Assembly (NCBI GenBank): GCA_965199955.1
Contig: CBDATQ010000001.1
Span: 1,824,001-1,888,000 of the forward strand
DNA length: 64,000 nt
Direction of reading: 5' to 3'
DNA from: Spirochaetia bacterium
GTDB taxonomy: Bacteria > Spirochaetota > Spirochaetia > SZUA-6 > Bin103
Shown: piece after piece, positions 61,077 to 64,000 of the stretch
How positions within the stretch are numbered: the first letter of the stretch is position 1
Layout: every line of letters begins with the position of its first letter
Made by a program: the position numbers and the translations under genes
Notes under the pieces: generated by a model
The model's database searches: none
The model's input: only the letters and a program-made list of their open reading frames with translations
Told to the model about the DNA's origin: nothing

Positions 61077-61676
61077 ACCGGCAGCGTTCAGCGCCGGCCC
61101 GGCGGCGGTCAGCTCGGCGAAGCGAAAGCAGCCGGTCACGTGGTCGTTGACCACGCCCACCGCCTGCAGGTGGGAGTACACGATGGTAGGCCCGACGAAG
61201 CGGAAGCCGCGCGACTTGAGGTCGCGGCTCACCTGCCGGGACAGCTCGGTCTCGGCCGGGAGCTCGCTGTGGTCGCGCCAGCCGCCCACCACCGTCCGGC
61301 CGTCGACGAAGCGCCACAGGTAGGCGCAGAAGCTTCCGAACTGCTCCTGAACGGCAAGGAAGGCGCGCGCGTTGTCGATCGAGGCGGCTACCTTGAGCCG
61401 GTTGCGCACGATCTCCGGGTTGCCGAGCAGCGCCGCGCGCTCGGCGTCGCCGTAGCGGGCCACGCGCACCGGATCGAAGCCCCGGTAGGCGCGCCGGTAG
61501 CCGGCCCGCTTGTGCAGGATGGTGCGCCAGCTCAACCCAGCCTGCGCCCCCTCCAGGACCAGGAACTCGAACTGCGCCCGGTCGTCGTCGCGGATCGGCG
61601 TGCCCCACTCGGTGTCGTGGTACGCCTGCATCTGCTCGTCGCCCGCGCACCAGTCGCACCGGCGGCGCTCGGTCAT
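60933..61676 (-). CDS. tag: DNA-3-methyladenine glycosylase I
   Basis: RCDW, YHDTEWG, LEGAQAGLSW, IVRNRLK, FVGPT and NDHVTGC. The frame runs about 50 codons beyond the usual end. Confidence 0.92.
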   Translation of the reverse strand: MTERRRCDWCAGDEQMQAYHDTEWGTPIRDDDRAQFEFLVLEGAQAGLSWRTILHKRAGYRRAYRGFDPVRVARYGDAERAALLGNPEIVRNRLKVAASIDNARAFLAVQEQFGSFCAYLWRFVDGRTVVGGWRDHSELPAETELSRQVSRDLKSRGFRFVGPTIVYSHLQAVGVVNDHVTGCFRFAELTAAGPALNAAGLHVKDVQVARVQRQVDPGAPAPMAVGDGHAGVHDAGAEVDRAPRRPA

Positions 61677-61956
61677 GGCGGGACGATACCACGGCCGGCC
61701 TGTACGGCTTCGCCAACCCACGAGCTGACCCACGGCACGGTGTTTCGCGCGAAATGGCTGGGCCGCCTGCCAGGTAGATCATCGGATCGGGATGCGTCGA
61801 TGGGACCGATCGGCACAGCCGGGGGCGGGGATATGACGATTCCCGACGCCGTAACGGCCGGCGGCACAGGACGAGCGCTACCGGATGGTCTGTCTGACTG
61901 CATTTGGTAGCACTGAGGGAACGGGGCATGATTGCGGTCACGGAGGAGGAACCGCC

Positions 61957-63075
61957 ATGCCCACGATCCGCCTGGTCGACCATCACACCGTGTACGACAA
62001 CCCGGTGCCGAGCCTGCGCAGCCGGCACGCCTACTTCCCCGGTCTGGTGGCGCTGCCGTCCGGAGAGTTGCTCGCCCTGTTCGTGCTCGGCGAGGCGATG
62101 GAGGCCACGGACGGCACGACCATGGTGTCCCGCTCGGCCGACGGCGGCCGCACGTGGGAGCTGCAGGGGCCGCTCCACGAGCGGCCGGCGAGCGGCGCGG
62201 GCGCGCACTACTCGGACTACCTCAAGGCGACCGTGCTGGCCGACGGCCGGCTGATCGCCGCCGGTTACAACTTCCACCGGAGCGGGCGGGACGAGCCGGT
62301 GACCAACGCCGCGACCGACGGCGTGCGCGGCGGTGACAACCTGGTGTCGTTCTCGGACGACGACGGCAGGACGTGGTCGCCGCCCGCGGTGATCCCGCGT
62401 ACCCGACCCGAGCTGATCGAGCTGTCCGGGCCGACCATCCAGGTCGCCGGCGGCGCGATCCTGGGCGCGGGCTCGATGTTCCCGCGCTGGGACGGGAGCA
62501 ACCCGTCCGGCTGCGTGGGCGCGTTGCTGCGCAGTGACGACGGCGGCGCCACCTGGGACGACCGGACCGACTTCTTCGTCGACCCGGCCGGACGCTACGC
62601 TCCGTCCGAGCCCCGGCTGTGCGAGCTGCCGGACGGCCGGATCGTCGCCCTGTCATGGATCATGGACCACGTCGGCGGCACCAACCTCACCAACCACGTC
62701 ACGATCTCCCACGACGGCGGCGCCACCTGGTCGGCGCCGATCGACACCGGCGTGGCGGCGCAGGCATCGAGCCTGGTCTCCTGGGACGGCGACCTGGTGC
62801 TCACCGTCCACTCGCAGCGCGAGGGCAGCGACATCGGCGTCTACGCGCGGCTGGCCGATCTGGCTGGCGACCGCTGGCGGACGATCACGGAGTCCTGCCT
62901 GTGGGAGAACGCGCCGGCCATGCAGATCGCGGCCTACGCGACCATGGGGGTCAATCTCAAGTTCGGCCAGCCGTCGCTGCTGCGCCTGTCGGAGACCGAG
63001 GTCCTGGCCACCCATTGGGCGGTCGAGGACGGGCAGGGGCGGATCCTCACGCACCGTCTGCACGTGGAGGCGTAG
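61957..63075 (+). CDS. BNR/Asp-box sialidase-family protein
   Basis: Four SxDGGxTW boxes. RBS ggaggagg. Confidence 0.85.
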   Translation: MPTIRLVDHHTVYDNPVPSLRSRHAYFPGLVALPSGELLALFVLGEAMEATDGTTMVSRSADGGRTWELQGPLHERPASGAGAHYSDYLKATVLADGRLIAAGYNFHRSGRDEPVTNAATDGVRGGDNLVSFSDDDGRTWSPPAVIPRTRPELIELSGPTIQVAGGAILGAGSMFPRWDGSNPSGCVGALLRSDDGGATWDDRTDFFVDPAGRYAPSEPRLCELPDGRIVALSWIMDHVGGTNLTNHVTISHDGGATWSAPIDTGVAAQASSLVSWDGDLVLTVHSQREGSDIGVYARLADLAGDRWRTITESCLWENAPAMQIAAYATMGVNLKFGQPSLLRLSETEVLATHWAVEDGQGRILTHRLHVEA

Positions 63076-64000
63076 GTGGCCGCGATGCAGGACGGCACCG
63101 TGGAGTTGCGCGAGCCGATCGAGCGCGCCATGGGCTACGTCGAGCGCTGGGCGGCGCCGCTGGCGGAGCTGGACGCGGCCGCCGCGGTCGCCGGCGGCGA
63201 TGACCGCTACATCGCGGAGGACCTCACCCACAACGCCGGCCGCGCCCTCGACGCCCTGCTCAAGGGGCGGGAAGCGACCGGCCGCGCGGTCGACAGCGCG
63301 GTGCTCGCCGCCCTGCGCCGCGTCCTGTTCGCGACCCTGGACAACCCGACCGGCTTCCCCGCCGCCTGGTGCCGCCTGGCCGACTTCTACTACGACGGCC
63401 AGCATCCCGGCATGACCTGCTCGCCGCACAACATCCGCGAGGCGGTGCAGGCGCTCGTGGAGTTGTACCGCGCCGACGGCGACCAGGAGGCTCGGCGCCG
63501 GCTCGGCGCGCTCCTCGACTCGCTGATGGCGATCACCGACGACGGCGGCCTGTTCCGCGCCGACCGGATCGCGGCGGAGCCGTTGCTGAGCGGCGCGGTT
63601 CCGTTCGTCGACCACCAGGTGATCGGCGAGTTCTACCAGTCCTGCACGCAGAACCGGGGCCGGCTGATCATGGCGCTCACCCAGGCCTACCGGGCGCTCG
63701 GCGATCCCCGTGCCCTGGAGCTGGCGCAGCGTTTCGTCCGCCTGGTGCGCGCGGAGGCGTTCACGGAGGACGGCCACCTGACCCACCTCGCCGGCAATCA
63801 CACCCACTCGATCACCGGCACCGTGCACGGGTTGGCCGACTGGGGGCTGCTGGCCGGTGACCTGGACACCCTCGACCACGCCCGCCGCATCATGCAGGCG
63901 GGGCTGCCGCCGACCTGCTCCAGCTTCGGCTGGTCGATTGAGGGCGCGTGGCGGGAGGCCATCCCCGGCCGGGGCGAGGTCAACAACACCGGCGACATGG
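63076..64000 (+). CDS. Hypothetical protein, possibly an (alpha/alpha)-barrel glycosidase-like protein; runs off the window
   Basis: Open frame from GTG 63076/ATG 63085 to the window end with host-like codon usage (HNIRE, HTHSITGT, GEVNNTGD). Confidence 0.65.
   Translation, partial: MAAMQDGTVELREPIERAMGYVERWAAPLAELDAAAAVAGGDDRYIAEDLTHNAGRALDALLKGREATGRAVDSAVLAALRRVLFATLDNPTGFPAAWCRLADFYYDGQHPGMTCSPHNIREAVQALVELYRADGDQEARRRLGALLDSLMAITDDGGLFRADRIAAEPLLSGAVPFVDHQVIGEFYQSCTQNRGRLIMALTQAYRALGDPRALELAQRFVRLVRAEAFTEDGHLTHLAGNHTHSITGTVHGLADWGLLAGDLDTLDHARRIMQAGLPPTCSSFGWSIEGAWREAIPGRGEVNNTGDM

Overview
High-GC bacterial window containing mostly carbohydrate-uptake and catabolic genes: an acetoin dehydrogenase cluster (acoXABC), two CUT1 sugar ABC transporters, many glycoside-hydrolase-like genes, PhyH dioxygenases, amidohydrolases, an NfeD plus two-flotillin locus and hisIG. 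These are interleaved with two insertion sequences (IS256 and IS630 families) and many toxin-antitoxin or defence modules (hipB/hipS/hipT-like, MNT-HEPN, hicBA remnant, FitAB/VapBC, DUF1156 methylase plus DUF499 ATPase, AAA ATPase plus DUF4276-like). The clearest unusual signal is pervasive gene decay. About a dozen genes are truncated or internally collapsed, several keeping their RBS, start and stop while the middle is deleted. Other notable items are a low-GC nitrilase-LRR fusion gene, a rearranged DUF1156/DUF499 locus, a mosaic tandem gene duplication and a regularly spaced triple operator upstream of hipB. No rRNA, tRNA or CRISPR array was seen. All family calls come from motif recognition by eye, not database searches, and I found no clearly new intact system.
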